A stretch of DNA of 64,000 nucleotides, from positions 81,780,001 through 81,844,000 of the forward strand of contig CM059432.1 of assembly GCA_030390025.1 (NCBI GenBank), in the 5' to 3' direction. Positions 11,775 through 23,927 of the stretch are shown piece by piece. The notes below the pieces were generated by a model. That model was not told the DNA's origin. It saw only the letters and a list, made by a program, of their open reading frames with translations, and did no database searches. The number at the start of each line of letters is the position of its first letter. Within the stretch, counting starts at the first letter, position 1. The position numbers and the translations under genes were made by a program. Source of the DNA: Squalus acanthias (lineage: Eukaryota).

Positions 11775-12550
11775 AACAACAACAACAACTTGCATTTATA
11801 TAGCACCTTTAACGTAGTAAAACATCCCAGGGCACTTCACAGGAGCGTTATCAAACAAAACTTGACACCAAGCCACATAAAAGATATTAGGAGAGGTGGA
11901 CCAAAAGCTTGGTCAAAGAGTTAGGTTTTAAAGAGCGGCTTAAAGGAGGAGAAAGAGGTGGAGGAGTTTAGGGAGGGAATTCCAGAACTTGGGGCCTAGG
12001 TAACTGAAGGCACAGCTGTCAATGGTGAAGCGATTAAAATTGGAGGAGTGCAGAGATCTTGGAGGGTTGGAGGGCTAGAGGAGATTAGAGATATGGAGGG
12101 ATTTGAAAACAAGGATGAAAATGTTAAAATCCACGAGCACAGGGGTGATGGGTGAACGAGACTTGATCAGAGTTAGGATACAGGCAGCAGAGTTTTGAAT
12201 GAGCGCAAGTTTACTGAGGGTGCAAGGTGGGAGGTCGTCCAGGAGAGCATTGGAATAGTCGAGTCTCGAGGTAACAAAGGCATGGATGAGGGTTTCAGCA
12301 GCGGATGAGCAGAGGTGGAGATGGGCGATGTTCCGGAGGTGGAATTAGGTGGTCTTGGTGATGGAGAGTATATGGGGTCGGAAGCTCAGCTTAGCGTCCA
12401 ATAGGACGGCAGGTTTGCGAACGGTCTGGTTCAGCCTCAGATAGTGGCCAGGGAGAGGGATGGAGTTGGGGCTAGGGAATGGTGCTTGTGGCGGGGACAG
12501 AAGAGAATGGCTTTGGTCTTCCCAATATTTAATTGGAGGAAATTTCTGCC
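11775..12550 (-). mobile_element. L2 LINE 3' fragment
   Basis: (AAC)n tail with ttgcatttatatagcacctttaacgtag; degenerate ORF2 (LRLNQTVRKPAVLLDAKLSFRPHI). Confidence 0.82.
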
Positions 12551-13079
12551 AATACTGGGCCCCCAATATTTGTGAGTGCATGGGGGGGAGGGGGTGGGGC
12601 TGAGGGGGGAGAGAGGGAGGGAGGGAGGGAGGGAGGGAAAGAATCGTAGCAGTTGTAGTCGTATGGAGGACAGCCAAAATTAACAGCGGGACCTCTTTTT
12701 AAATCTTGTGTTTCCTGGCCGGCAGCCAGCCAGATTGAAAGGCTGGCTGGCTTGCTGTCGGGTGGGTCGGCCTGTGGCACCAGGCTGAAGACGGGGAGCG
12801 AAGAGGAGGGAGGGATAGATTGGAGCAGTGGGGGGGCGGGGGTGCGGTGGGGGCAGAGAAGTCATCAGGGTGGGTAGGAGAGAAGATCAGGGGGTGGGAC
12901 TGTGAGTAGGTCGGGGGGTCCAACCGTGAGGACGGAAGCAGGTAAGGTTGGCAGGCCTGGGAAAGCATTCCTACTCCTCCTAGGGAGATGTGAGTAGTCC
13001 ATTCAGCCCCTCAAGCCTGATCTGCCATTCAATGTGATCATGGCTGATCTATATCTTAACTCTATCCACATGTCTTGGC

Positions 13080-14286
13080 TTCATATCCATGTCCTCGTCC
13101 TTCTTGACTTGCCTGCAGCCCTTGACCTGGTTGACCACTTCATCCTTCTCCAACGCCTCTCCACCGTCGTCCAGCTGGGTGGGACTACACTCGCCTGGTT
13201 CCATTCTTATCTATCTAATCGTAGCTAGAAAATCACCTGCAATGGCTATTTTTCCCACTCTCACATTGTTAACTCTGGTGTCCCCCAAGGATCTATCCTT
13301 GGCCCCCTCCTATTTCTCATCTACATGCTGCCCTTTGGCGACATTATCAGAAAACACAGGGTCAGTTTCCACATGTACGCTGATGATACCCAGCTTTACC
13401 TCACCACCACTTCTCTCGACCCCTCCACTGTCTCTAAATTGTCAGACTGCTTGTCCGACATACAGTTCTGGATGAGCAGAAATTTTCTCCAATTAAATAT
13501 TGGGAAGACCGAAGCCATTGCTTTCGGTCCCCGCCACAAACTCTATTCCCCAGCCACAGACTCCATCCCTCTCCCTAACATTTGTCTGAAGCTGAACCAC
13601 ACTGTTCGCAACCTTGGTGTCATATTTGACCCTGAAATGAACTTCCGACCCATATCTGTAGCATAACTAGGACCGCCTATTTCCATCTGCATAACATCGC
13701 CCGTCTCCGCCCCTGCCTCAGCTCATCCACTGCTGAAACCCTCATCCATGCCTTTGTTACCTCTAGACTTGACTATTCCAACGCACTCCTGGCTAGCCTC
13801 CCACATTCTACCCTACGTAAACTTGAGGTCACCCAAAACTCGGCTGCCCGTGTCCTAACTTGCACCAAGTCCCGTTCACCCATCACCCCTGTGCTCGCTG
13901 ACCTACATTGGCACCCAGTTAGGCAACTCCTCGATTTCAAAATTCTCATCCTTGTTTTCAAATCCCTCCATGGCCTCACCCCTCCCTATCTCAGTAATCT
14001 CCTTCAGCCCCACAACCCCCCAAGATATCTGCGCTCCTCTAATTCTGCCCTCTTGAGCTTCCCTGATTCTAATCGCTCAACCATTGGTGGCCGTGCCTTC
14101 TGTGGCCTAAGCCCCAAGCTCTGGAATTCCCTGCCTAAACCTCTCTGCCTCTCTACCCCCCTTTCCTCCTTTAAGATGCTTGTTAAAACCTATCTCTTTT
14201 TTTTGTCTTCTAACACTCCTGTGAATTGCCTTGGGAAATTTTACTACGTTAAAGGCGCTATATAAATGCAAGTTGTTGCTGTTGTT
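13080..14286 (+). mobile_element. L2 LINE 3' part (RT domain, frameshifted) with tail
   Basis: [15 protein letters not shown] and HMYADDTQLY RT motifs; tail aaggcgctatataaatgcaagttgttg. Confidence 0.9.
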
Positions 14287-14600
14287 ATACCCTTGGCTAG
14301 CAAAAATCTATTGATTTCAGATTTAAAATGATTAATTGAGCTAGCATCTACTGACTTTTGTGGGAGAGAATTCCACATTTCTACCACCCTTTGCGTGAAA
14401 AAGTATTTCCTAACTTCTCTCCTGAATGGCCAGTCTCTGACTTTAAGATTATGTCCCTGTGTCCTAGACTCCGCCACCAGCGGAAAAGGTTTCTCTCTAT
14501 CTACTCTATCAATTGCTTTCAAAATCCTGAAACCCTCAATTAAATCACCCCTTAATCTTCTATATTCCAGGGAATACAAGTCTAGTTATGTAATCTGTCC
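14287..14600 (-). mobile_element. CR1 LINE fragment
   Basis: YSLEYRRLRGDLIE...FFTQRVVEMWNSLP. Confidence 0.88.
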
Positions 14601-14780
14601 TCTTTAAAATATTTTAATGACGGACCCTCCTCTGGAGAGCGGGTTAGTCACCTGCCCCCCTAACCTGCCTCAGTTTAAACCGGAAGGGGGCGCATTGGAG
14701 GCGGGCTGGAGTCGGATTTCTGATTTTTGAATTTTTTAAACCCCCTCCCGCCCATTCTGGGGGGTTAAAATTACCCCGGA

Positions 14781-15806
14781 TGTTTGCGTTGATGGAATGA
14801 TAGCATTTCCTATTCACAGATGCCATGGGGTTGTTGATAGGGTCACATGGATGCCACCAATGAGGCTCTGCCATCTGGGTAAAAGTGCTGCACCCGCTCG
14901 TGCTGTTGCCTACTTTCCATGGGGAAAGTGTCAAAAGTTCTCCCCTGAAAAACAAGGCTTCTGTAATCTGCTTGTTGCTTTGTTGGACCAATGGTTGCCT
15001 AATGTGGCAAGTATCATCAATGGTGGCTTGAAAGGTCTGGTGGCATAAACGGTCATTCCTGTGGCGACTTTCTCAGCAACAGACAGGATTGTCTCTGTGG
15101 TAGATCTTGTCTGCAGGCCAGGCTCCAGTAGACTGTACACCTTGATCACAGCATCCCTGATGAAGCAAAAACGCTGATGGCAGATCTCCACAGACATGGC
15201 CAAGTAGGTGTGCCTGGATCAGAGAAGGTAGTTCCAGGCCCACCTGCAGATGGGTGTCAGATGCCTGATGTGTAAGTGCCTCTGACTTTCTAGCCACTGC
15301 CTGAACTTGTCTTCCTTAACCAGATCCAGGACAGCCTTTGGCAGGCCCAATGGAATGCCCATGCTGAGCAGTGTGGCTCCAGCTGAGGTTGGCAGCTGGT
15401 GAAAGAATGCTGCTAACTCGAGGTCTGTTCGAAAAGAGCCCTGTATTGGGGGGGGGGGAAACATACAGCAGCTGGGACTGCCTGGTTTTTGGAAAACTGT
15501 TTCTTGCTGCTGTTATGGACTCGCCACGCTGCTGTTTCTGCCTAATAGTTTGTGCAGTAGCTTTTCCTGCTGTTTGCTGCTTTATTTTCCCCCCAATACC
15601 AATACTTGACATTCTGTAGCAAACAGCATGGCGTTTACCCAGAGCCTGTTTTAAACAGATGAACAACACACAAAGAGCTGTCAGGCAGGACATCACTTGC
15701 AAATCGTCACGGGACCAATTTATGACGATTTAAATCATTATCGGGGCGAGAATCAGGCCTGCGCAAATCTGCAGCACAGCCTCAAAAAACCTTTCAATTT
15801 CTCCCG
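14781..15806 (-). mobile_element. Degenerate Harbinger element carrying a transposase remnant
   Basis: Minus-strand AMSVEICHQRFCFIRDAVIKVYSLLEPGLQ...LSVAEKVATGMTVYAT and NRKCYHSIN align to the transposase at 59465 onward; TIR-like end caatttctccc near 15806. Confidence 0.7.
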
Positions 15807-17723
15807 CAGAGTCGGGACTGCGACGTCACCTGTGTTCAACCCTCCTGGTCCATTTCCTCACTGCTTGCCCTCTGCCAGCAAGGGGCTGCTCCTCAAGTGC
15901 AACATTGAGCAATTGGCCCTTTATAATAGACATTGGTAGTTTTTTAATATATTTAAAACATGAAGTTATCATCAGATTTCATATATGTAATTTATGTATT
16001 TTCAGTGAGGCCGATGCAACTATACATATTTTGAGATATATTTTGAGATGTTTTCTCTTTCTTTAAGATCTGATTACTCGGAGATTTTAGACCACTCTTT
16101 TATTTTTCCAAATTGCAAATACTGCCAGCTGAGATTTCTTTCTCAGGAATATATTCCTCAACTAGCAGCCATTATAAAATATGTGTACATCAGTACTTCA
16201 TGTTCTTTTTTAGCTGATGATTTCTACCCGGGTATCCCAATTAACCAGCATCATCTGTAATTAGACACAGAATTCAAAAGGTCCTGCTTTTTTTTATGTC
16301 TCTGAAACATTGCTTTCCACGGGAACCCATTCTCTGAATCCTCCTGTGCTGACTGTGAGTTTACTGCCCTCTCCCCTCCCCCAAACCCAGTGCTTGCTCT
16401 AAGTCTTAACCCATGTGGCCTGCACACCCCATGCTTATTGTGAGGCCAGCCCAGCTGTGCCATACTGTGTGACCAAGCAATGCCTGTTTCTCTGTGATAA
16501 GATAGCATTCATCTTCATCTGCTCAGGCGTTTATTGTCACATGCAGCAATGAGTGGCTATTTTTTCTTAACCAGACTTAATTCACTGTAGCGCACGCCTG
16601 TTGCCTACTTGTATCAAGCCCTGCTAATAGAGTTGTGTTCAATCAAAAATGGAAAAGATTATTCCTGGAGGAGATGTCCCAGGCAGCTATGCAATTCTAT
16701 TTTTATTTTCACAAATGAAGCTGTCCAGACAACTTACAAGTGAGTTTTTTTTATAACCGCTGTATATTTTATGTCAATTCTTCAGACAAATGTTTAGCTT
16801 TTTATTTTCCCCCTTGGTTTAGAAAGAGCTGAGTAGGTTGCTATAAAGTGATTTTGTCTGTAAAATCTATCTGTTTGCTAAGTAGTTCGATGGAGTTCAC
16901 ATCAGTTGGGGGAGGGGCTTTACTTGTTGTCTGGATGGAACTTATAAGGAAGCTTGAACGCATCCTGTAAGGGTTTAACGGTAGCAGTAAGTGTAGCTGA
17001 TGCTGTGACAACTGTGGAAGTACAAGCTTTATTCCCACAGTTGCCAGACCGCACAGGCATCGTAAAATGTTCCATACTCCAGATCCCGAGAGCAAGAAGT
17101 AGCAATAACACTGCACACAGAAAGTAATACCAGGAGAAATGGGAAAGACAGAAGAGACACGGCTGACTCCCAACCTCCAAGATGCAATGAGGTCACCTGG
17201 GCGTAAAACTGGCATTGCGGATCGGCTGCCCGTTACAGAAACCGCCCAGTTGGCAAATTGAAAATCTACCCCATTATATTCATTCCATATAAATCCTGCT
17301 GTAGTTGAGACACATCTCAGCAGTTGGTTCTTCCGGTAGTGCTTATTCACATGCCTGCTGGTGAACCAAAAATGGAATCCCCACCAAATCCTTCTCTGTA
17401 CCATGCAGTGTGGCTGGACATTCCTGACCACCATTGGGATAATATTTAAGATTTTTTTTAAATTTCTTCACGTTAACAGCTGATTCCACAATGAGTTAGC
17501 TGATCATAGCTGAGGCGATGGGAAGGGCACTACAATTAGCCTCACCCCTCTGAATTAGGGAGCAAAAATGTCACCAGAGTTCCTACTCATGATAACTGTC
17601 CAGTGATCCTTGGTTGAAGTGGTAGGTGTGAACATTAGATGAAGACTAGATTGGGCAAGGTATCAGAAGGTGACCAGTACCAGTGCAATAAACCAGCAAG
17701 GAATTATTGTCTTCAGGAGAGAT

Positions 17724-18125
17724 CATAGAATATTACAGCACAGAAGGAGCCCTTTTAGCCCATCGTGCCTGTGCTGGCTCTTTGAAATAGCTCTCCAATT
17801 AGTCCCACTCCCCTGCTCTTTCCCCATAGCCCTGCAAATTTTTCCTTTTTCAAGTATTTATACCCAATTCCCTTTTGAAAGTTACTATTGATTCTGCTTC
17901 CACCACTCTTTCAGGCTGTGCATTCCAGATCATAACAACTCGCTGCATTTAACAAAAAACTCTCCTCTTCTCCCCTCTGGTTCTTTTAACCAATGGGCTT
18001 AAATCTGTGTCCTTTGGTTACCGGCCCTCATTAACACCTATTAAATCTCCTCTTAACCTTCTCTGCTCTAAGGAGAACAATCCCAGCTTCTCTAGTCCCT
18101 CCACATAACTGAAGTTCCTCATTCC
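17724..18125 (-). mobile_element. CR1 LINE 3' end
   Basis: Tail catagaatattacagcacagaagg; same pattern as the 58235 copy. Confidence 0.78.
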
Positions 18126-20886
18126 TTATGTGAGAAAATTGGCAAGGGGAAAAAAAATAAAAACAATTGTTGTACACGTGGATGGTAGCGGTTTGTATCC
18201 GTGCACATGTACGTACAAAAATAACTTAACACCACTTAATCCACCTACAGTGGTACAAAATAATGACCCTGGTTTATATCACTGCAGTCCTAATATAACC
18301 ATAGATTCTGGAAAGCAAACCAGCCTCCCATTTACACTGTTCACTGGACAGAATGAGTAAGAGCAGCATCAGTTCTAAAAATCACTGTAGGCCTTCTGCA
18401 TTGTCCATTTCACAACCGGCTCCCACCTCTGCCCCCAACCTCCGTACAATTGGGCTTCAGGATAATCTGACTCTTAACCATCAGTAGACTAAATGGTCTC
18501 TCTGTCGGAAACTGGAATCTCTATCTCGAGATTGAGTCTGGCTGGCAGCAGATACTTGGCACATGTACACTGCGCCTGATGTTGCCATACTGGCATCTGT
18601 ACCGACTCTGTGCATGTTGCTGAGCGTTGGCAGTCAGAGAAGCTGCTGTTTGTGTGTAGAGTAGTGTTAATGAAACAGCTCGGATTGATTTTCAGCTCTG
18701 TACCAAGAGACTCCTGTAGCTGTTTCATTCGAAATACAGATGTAAATGTGTCTATAGGCAGAGATACTGAAGGAAGGCAGCACAGACAAAAGCCCTGTTT
18801 ATACCTGAGCTGCAAATTTAATTTTCTGAATGGTAACTCCTAGCCAAAAATAAATCATGCAGAGTTATTTACCCTGATGGTGGGTTTGAGTAAAAACCTG
18901 ATCCTGGAGTTGGCTTGAGCTGTGAAGCAGATTCATATTCTAATGAATGATATGATTCTAATATTCTCATCTGTGTGTGTGTGTGTGTGGAAGGGGAATA
19001 TATTATCAGCCATGAATTAACTAGATTTGAGCAGCCTTGGGTGCAAACCCTGGTTCATGAGGGAAAGGGGAGAGTGAGGATTCAGATTTATTGGATATTG
19101 GCACCCTCTGAGAGTAAGGAAAATAAAACTGTCGCACTCCAAAATATTCTCAACATTGGCAGAAGGCCAGAAGCCGATTGCTTGCGTGCTCTGTCTGTCG
19201 GGGCCTTGGGTCCAGTACACCAAAACACACCGGGAGAAAAAAAGTCAAATCAGTAAATTCGAACAATAAAGAGGGAGAATAACCTTTTTTTTTAAATGAT
19301 CATCACAGCAGAATTCAATGGAGTTAATCGCAGTCAACAGAGAAGCTCTGTTCTAGGATAGGTAGCATTTCCCTGAGCAGCTATTGGAAAAGGCTGTGAT
19401 TTACTCAGACCCAGGCTCAATCCCTGATCTGTGCCGGACTAGCTGATCTCAACCAGACAGCTGTTGGGGTACCGCAAAGTAACCAGGTTGATAACCAGGT
19501 TGTTCCAGATGAGAACGATCATTCAAGAGCAAATATTTAAAACAAATGATCAGATAGCCTTCCAATACTCAATGTATAAACTTACATGAAGAATAGAAAC
19601 TTGAACGACACCCCTGGACCTGTACCACGCAAGAGTGAGTGAGGCCAATTTTCCTTACTGTTAGTGCCAATTTCCAGGATGTTCTGCTGAGGAAAAATGG
19701 GCAGAGATCCATAATGCCAGGTCTCTGCCTCAGTAATGCTCAACACACTTTTCTGGAGGACAGAGATGGGGTGGTGGAAACTTTAGCTTGAATGTGGTGG
19801 GATCTTCATTATAATATTTAAATGGTGCAGAAACTCCATTCAGAGGCCCCCCCTGCCCTTTTCCATGCTTTACAGCATTTCCAAGGCAATAGTAAAGAAC
19901 ATCCATTCCAGAGTTGCCAGGTGATGAGCAGTGCAGTGAATAATTTTAAAGGACCACAAAGAAATTTCCTTTTGCTGCATTAAATCCATTTCTGGCTTGT
20001 TATTCTTATTTTATTCCTCATGGCGCACAGGTCCTCATGAGTCTTTGTCAAATATTATATTTTATTCCTGTAGCACCATTCCAACAATCACTGAGTTCCC
20101 CAATGGGAATCCCCACTGTGAGGTGCTGAGTATAGGCATTCCCCTGAAGGATTGCAGCTGGGTTGATGCCCAAGTAGTTATCTGTATCCATCTGCTTTTA
20201 CATAGAGGTGACCAGGTCCCACTTTGACTGATGATTAGTGCATGTGGAGGCTCCAATTCTCAAGGTAGGCTGTGACAACAGGCCTGATGACACAGATATT
20301 TGTGAAGGCCTGACCGAGGTGGATAGTTTTTTAGAAGTACTCAATCACAGCAGGGTACTGCATGAAAGAAGACATGCCAGCGAAGCCAGTTTGGGCACAC
20401 CCACCAAGATACCACCAACCATATTTGCAGGCATTGTTGCACCTACCTGTTGCAAAGTATCTTCACAGGGTCTCGATGACAACTGAGACAGATGCACCTG
20501 TGCCATCTACTATAATGTCACCTGCTGTTAACATGGACTGTCAGGGCTGGCACAGCAGGTGACGGAACCAGCCAGCTGCAGCCTCAAGCCTGCACCTCTG
20601 GGTTTCCTTCGCCTGTCACTTCTTAAACCCCTGCTGTCTCAGTTTTGGCAAAGGCTGCTAAAGGGTTGAGATGGCTTTTCAGCTTTTCTAAAGGCTTTCA
20701 GATTTCTTCCCCCCCCCCCCACCGCCCCCCTCCATTGTGACACTTTAATAATCTGTAATAATCCCCATCCCTTTAAATTCACTCTCACACACATTTCTTC
20801 TCCTACCACTAGTGTGCTGTCTATTCTTGCCCCAGTCTGCACCTGGGTCTGTGAATAAAGATACAAATGAAATTTGAGTGGTATTA

Positions 20887-21256
20887 CAGGTTGAGCGTCC
20901 AAAATCTGGAGATCCGGAATGTTCCGAATCCGGACTCCGGGACGATTGGTGGCAGGGTCGTCCGGAATCCGTAAAATGTTCCGGAATCCGGACACCCTGT
21001 CAAACCTTTTCGAAAGAAACGAGGACTACAAGGCCTGCGAGGAGAAGAACTACAAGGTGACGTCCAAAAACTGGAAATATCGCAACCTGGGCCCAGGCAT
21101 TTCCGGACTCGGAACGTGTTTCTGATGTCCGAAGTCTGGAAACGCCCGAGCCCAGGTTGTGATATTTCCGGACTTCGGACATCAGAAACACGTTCCGAAG
21201 TCCGGAAAAACACGAAAACCGGCTCGGCCTCGGTCCTGTTCAGGACGCTCAACCTG
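20887..21256. mobile_element. Tc1/mariner (Tigger/pogo-like) MITE
   Basis: Perfect 14-bp TIR caggttgagcgtcc / ggacgctcaacctg flanked by TA on both sides. Confidence 0.85.
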
Positions 21257-21384
21257 TAATGCCTTATCCCTGAGGCAGATTTAGCACCAGTTCTTAACCT
21301 TTTGGCTATGACTTGTGCCAGAAGAGGAAAATCAGTCCTGGTGTCTTCAGAAGAGGAAGAGAGAAACTGAAGAAAAAAAAACAT

Positions 21385-21510
21385 TGATTAGAAGGTTATG
21401 CTGATAGAGTGAGATGAAGTAGAGTGGGAAGAGGCGCGTGTGGAGCATTAACACTGGCAGAGAATGGTTGTGTCGAATGGCCTGTTTCTATGCTGTAAAG
21501 TCTGTGTAAT
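21385..21510 (+). mobile_element. CR1 3'UTR fragment
   Basis: gagatgaagtagagtgggaagaggcgcgtgtggagc...gaatggcctgtttctatgctgtaaa; similar to 45827-46040. Confidence 0.6.
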
Positions 21511-23473
21511 TGATGACTCTGGTTTAAAAAAAGAAAAAAAATGCAAATGCTGGAAATCTGATATAAAGATAAAAAATACTGGAAATATACATGAGATCTG
21601 TCAGTATTTGAAAGAGGAAAGACAAATTAGACAAATTAGTGTTCTGTGTATATATCATCATCAGAACACTTAGCTCTGAACTTGTTTAGCTTTTCTTCCA
21701 GTACAAACTGTTTACGTTTGAACAGATTGCCCCCTATGTACTATTAATCCACCCACCCCCAATATTCTGATTGTGGTAAAACTGGATTTTTGCCTATGCT
21801 GAATTTTTAACTTGGATTTTTGTATTATAAGGGGTTAAAAGCAGGGTGTTTCACAAAGTAAAACATTAGTTCAGTTCCAGATGAGCTGGCTCCGGTATTC
21901 TTCACAAGTGTGAATTGATAAGGCTAAGGACAATGGAAGGTTCAAGATGTCAATTGGTTGGAGCTATCACGTTCAGTGATAAGCATCTTATGTCATTGTC
22001 AAAGATTGCCTATGTTCAATATTGATGAATAGCTGTTTGATCTCATATAATTAAGAGATGCAGTCATCTACTGCTTTTGTTTTAGGTTGTCTATAGGGGT
22101 GGTCCCAAGCCATCTGGACACAGATCAAAGGATGAGGCCAAACCTGGGATAGTAGTTTTCATTGACAACTGTTTCTGAGACCTTTGAGAAGTGGATAGGG
22201 TCATTGATTGGAAGGTGTCCTTTGTTAATTGACAGGTCTGTGTCAGAATTCTCATATTACAGAATTATATTGGGAGCCAGTTTCAATCAATGTTTTAATT
22301 CTGCAACCATTGCCAGATGTCTCAATGCTTTTAAAAGTTTCAATGCTAGCTTAGCAAGGGAAGTCAGGCTAGATTGGAGTTATGGTAAGTTTCCTACGTT
22401 ACAACAGTACTTCAAAAAGTACTTAATTGGTGGTAAATCACTTTGGGACATCCTGAGGTCATGAAAGGCACTGTTTTTTTCTTTTTCTTTAAGTAAACTT
22501 TGATTTAGCATCTATGTCCATAGAGAAAATGAATGGAATATTTGTTGTTTTATGATTTGAGAAGGGTAGAGAAAAAATACCATTGTGTTACATTATTTAC
22601 TGTTCACTTATCTGTTTTATGTAAGTAAAACTACTTATTGATCCAAAATCTTCCTCTCAATCTGGTATATCCAGTCCACCTTTGGAAGAGAGGAAAATGA
22701 CGGTGGTGGCATGTGATGCATTCTGATAGGCAATGTACAGAGTGGGGTTCTCTGTCATAATCCCTGTGTCTTGCCTAAATATTGGGCAGAAAAAGGTCCG
22801 CTCCAGATTACAGGAGAAGTGAGGTCTGCTTCAGAGAGTGGCCAGTGACACTTAGCCTGAGAAAATAGTCCACAAACCTTAGTGTGACAGTGATACACAA
22901 ACTTTTCTATTTGTATTGCTCACTATAATGCAAACAAAATTATTTTAATTGAATTTATTAGTTTTTGTTGTTACCTGATAGAGTTAATGAATATCAGTAT
23001 CATTAAAAGATATTTTGCAGAATTTTACCAGAACAATACATAAATGAGACTTTGTAGAGACTTGTGCAGAATTTACAAACTGGTGCTGTCATGTAGGCTG
23101 AGCTGAGCTGTGGGGAGGAATGTCCTTCCACTAACCTAGCAAGTCTGTCAAATTAGTAGAAAACATTTTTTAAAGGCGTAGGCCTAGAATTTCGGGAGTC
23201 CCCCTGTGCAAGAATGTTAGGGTCCGAGTAGCTCCGGATATCAGGAAGAAGTTCCGGATATCAGGAGGAAGTTCCAGATATCGGGAGGGGAATATGGTGG
23301 GAAGTGTGATTTTTGCCGGCCATCTTTGTGCCCTAGGAGGCAGTGTATTGCCTGTAAAACAGACGCTACGTGACCCAACTTCTAGGTCAAAAATGTATTT
23401 CAAGATTCATTTTGAATCCTTTTATGTTTCCTGAACAAAACGTGGTTGCTCAGTAAAGTAGTGGAAGATAGAT

Positions 23474-23712
23474 GGGGGTAGATTTCTATCTTTGCCACCT
23501 TGGCATTAAGCATCACCTTAGACAGAGAATTTCCGGTGGGAGGATCGTACACCTCTTACAGAACCTGCTGGATTTTCCTTCTATTGAAATGAATGGAAGG
23601 AAAGTCTGGTGGATTGTGTAAGACGTGTGCAATCCTACCCGCCAGGATTTCCTTTCTGCACTCTGCTCGGGCGATGCTTAACACCACGGCAGTAAAGACG
23701 AAAACTTACTCC
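23474..23712. mobile_element. Palindromic MITE
   Basis: Imperfect fold-back centred on ttccttctattgaaatgaatggaaggaa; ends gggggtagattt / aaacttactcc. Confidence 0.6.
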
Positions 23713-23927
23713 ATAATCTATTTTGTTTCCTTGTCTGATGCAAGGGAATGATGATCAAGGAAGTATTCAAAGAGGGGTCTGGTTGGAAGAGTACAAATTG
23801 ATAGGTTGGCCCTTTCTTTACACTGCCAAACTTTGTACAAACCCGAGGCAGGAGAGGAGAAGAGCAATTTGTAGCATTGCTCCTGGACATAAAGAAAATA
23901 TATAACTGTTTCATTGTGTACTGTTGT

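Noticed and set aside
16841..17434. 197 aa ORF as a host gene
   Set aside because: No recognisable domain; it runs through a MITE-like end (gaaaatctacccc near 17270)
21525..21670. Fourth hammerhead-bearing Penelope end
   Set aside because: Only catcatcagaac and a tail-like stretch remain; the stems and GAAA are not recoverable
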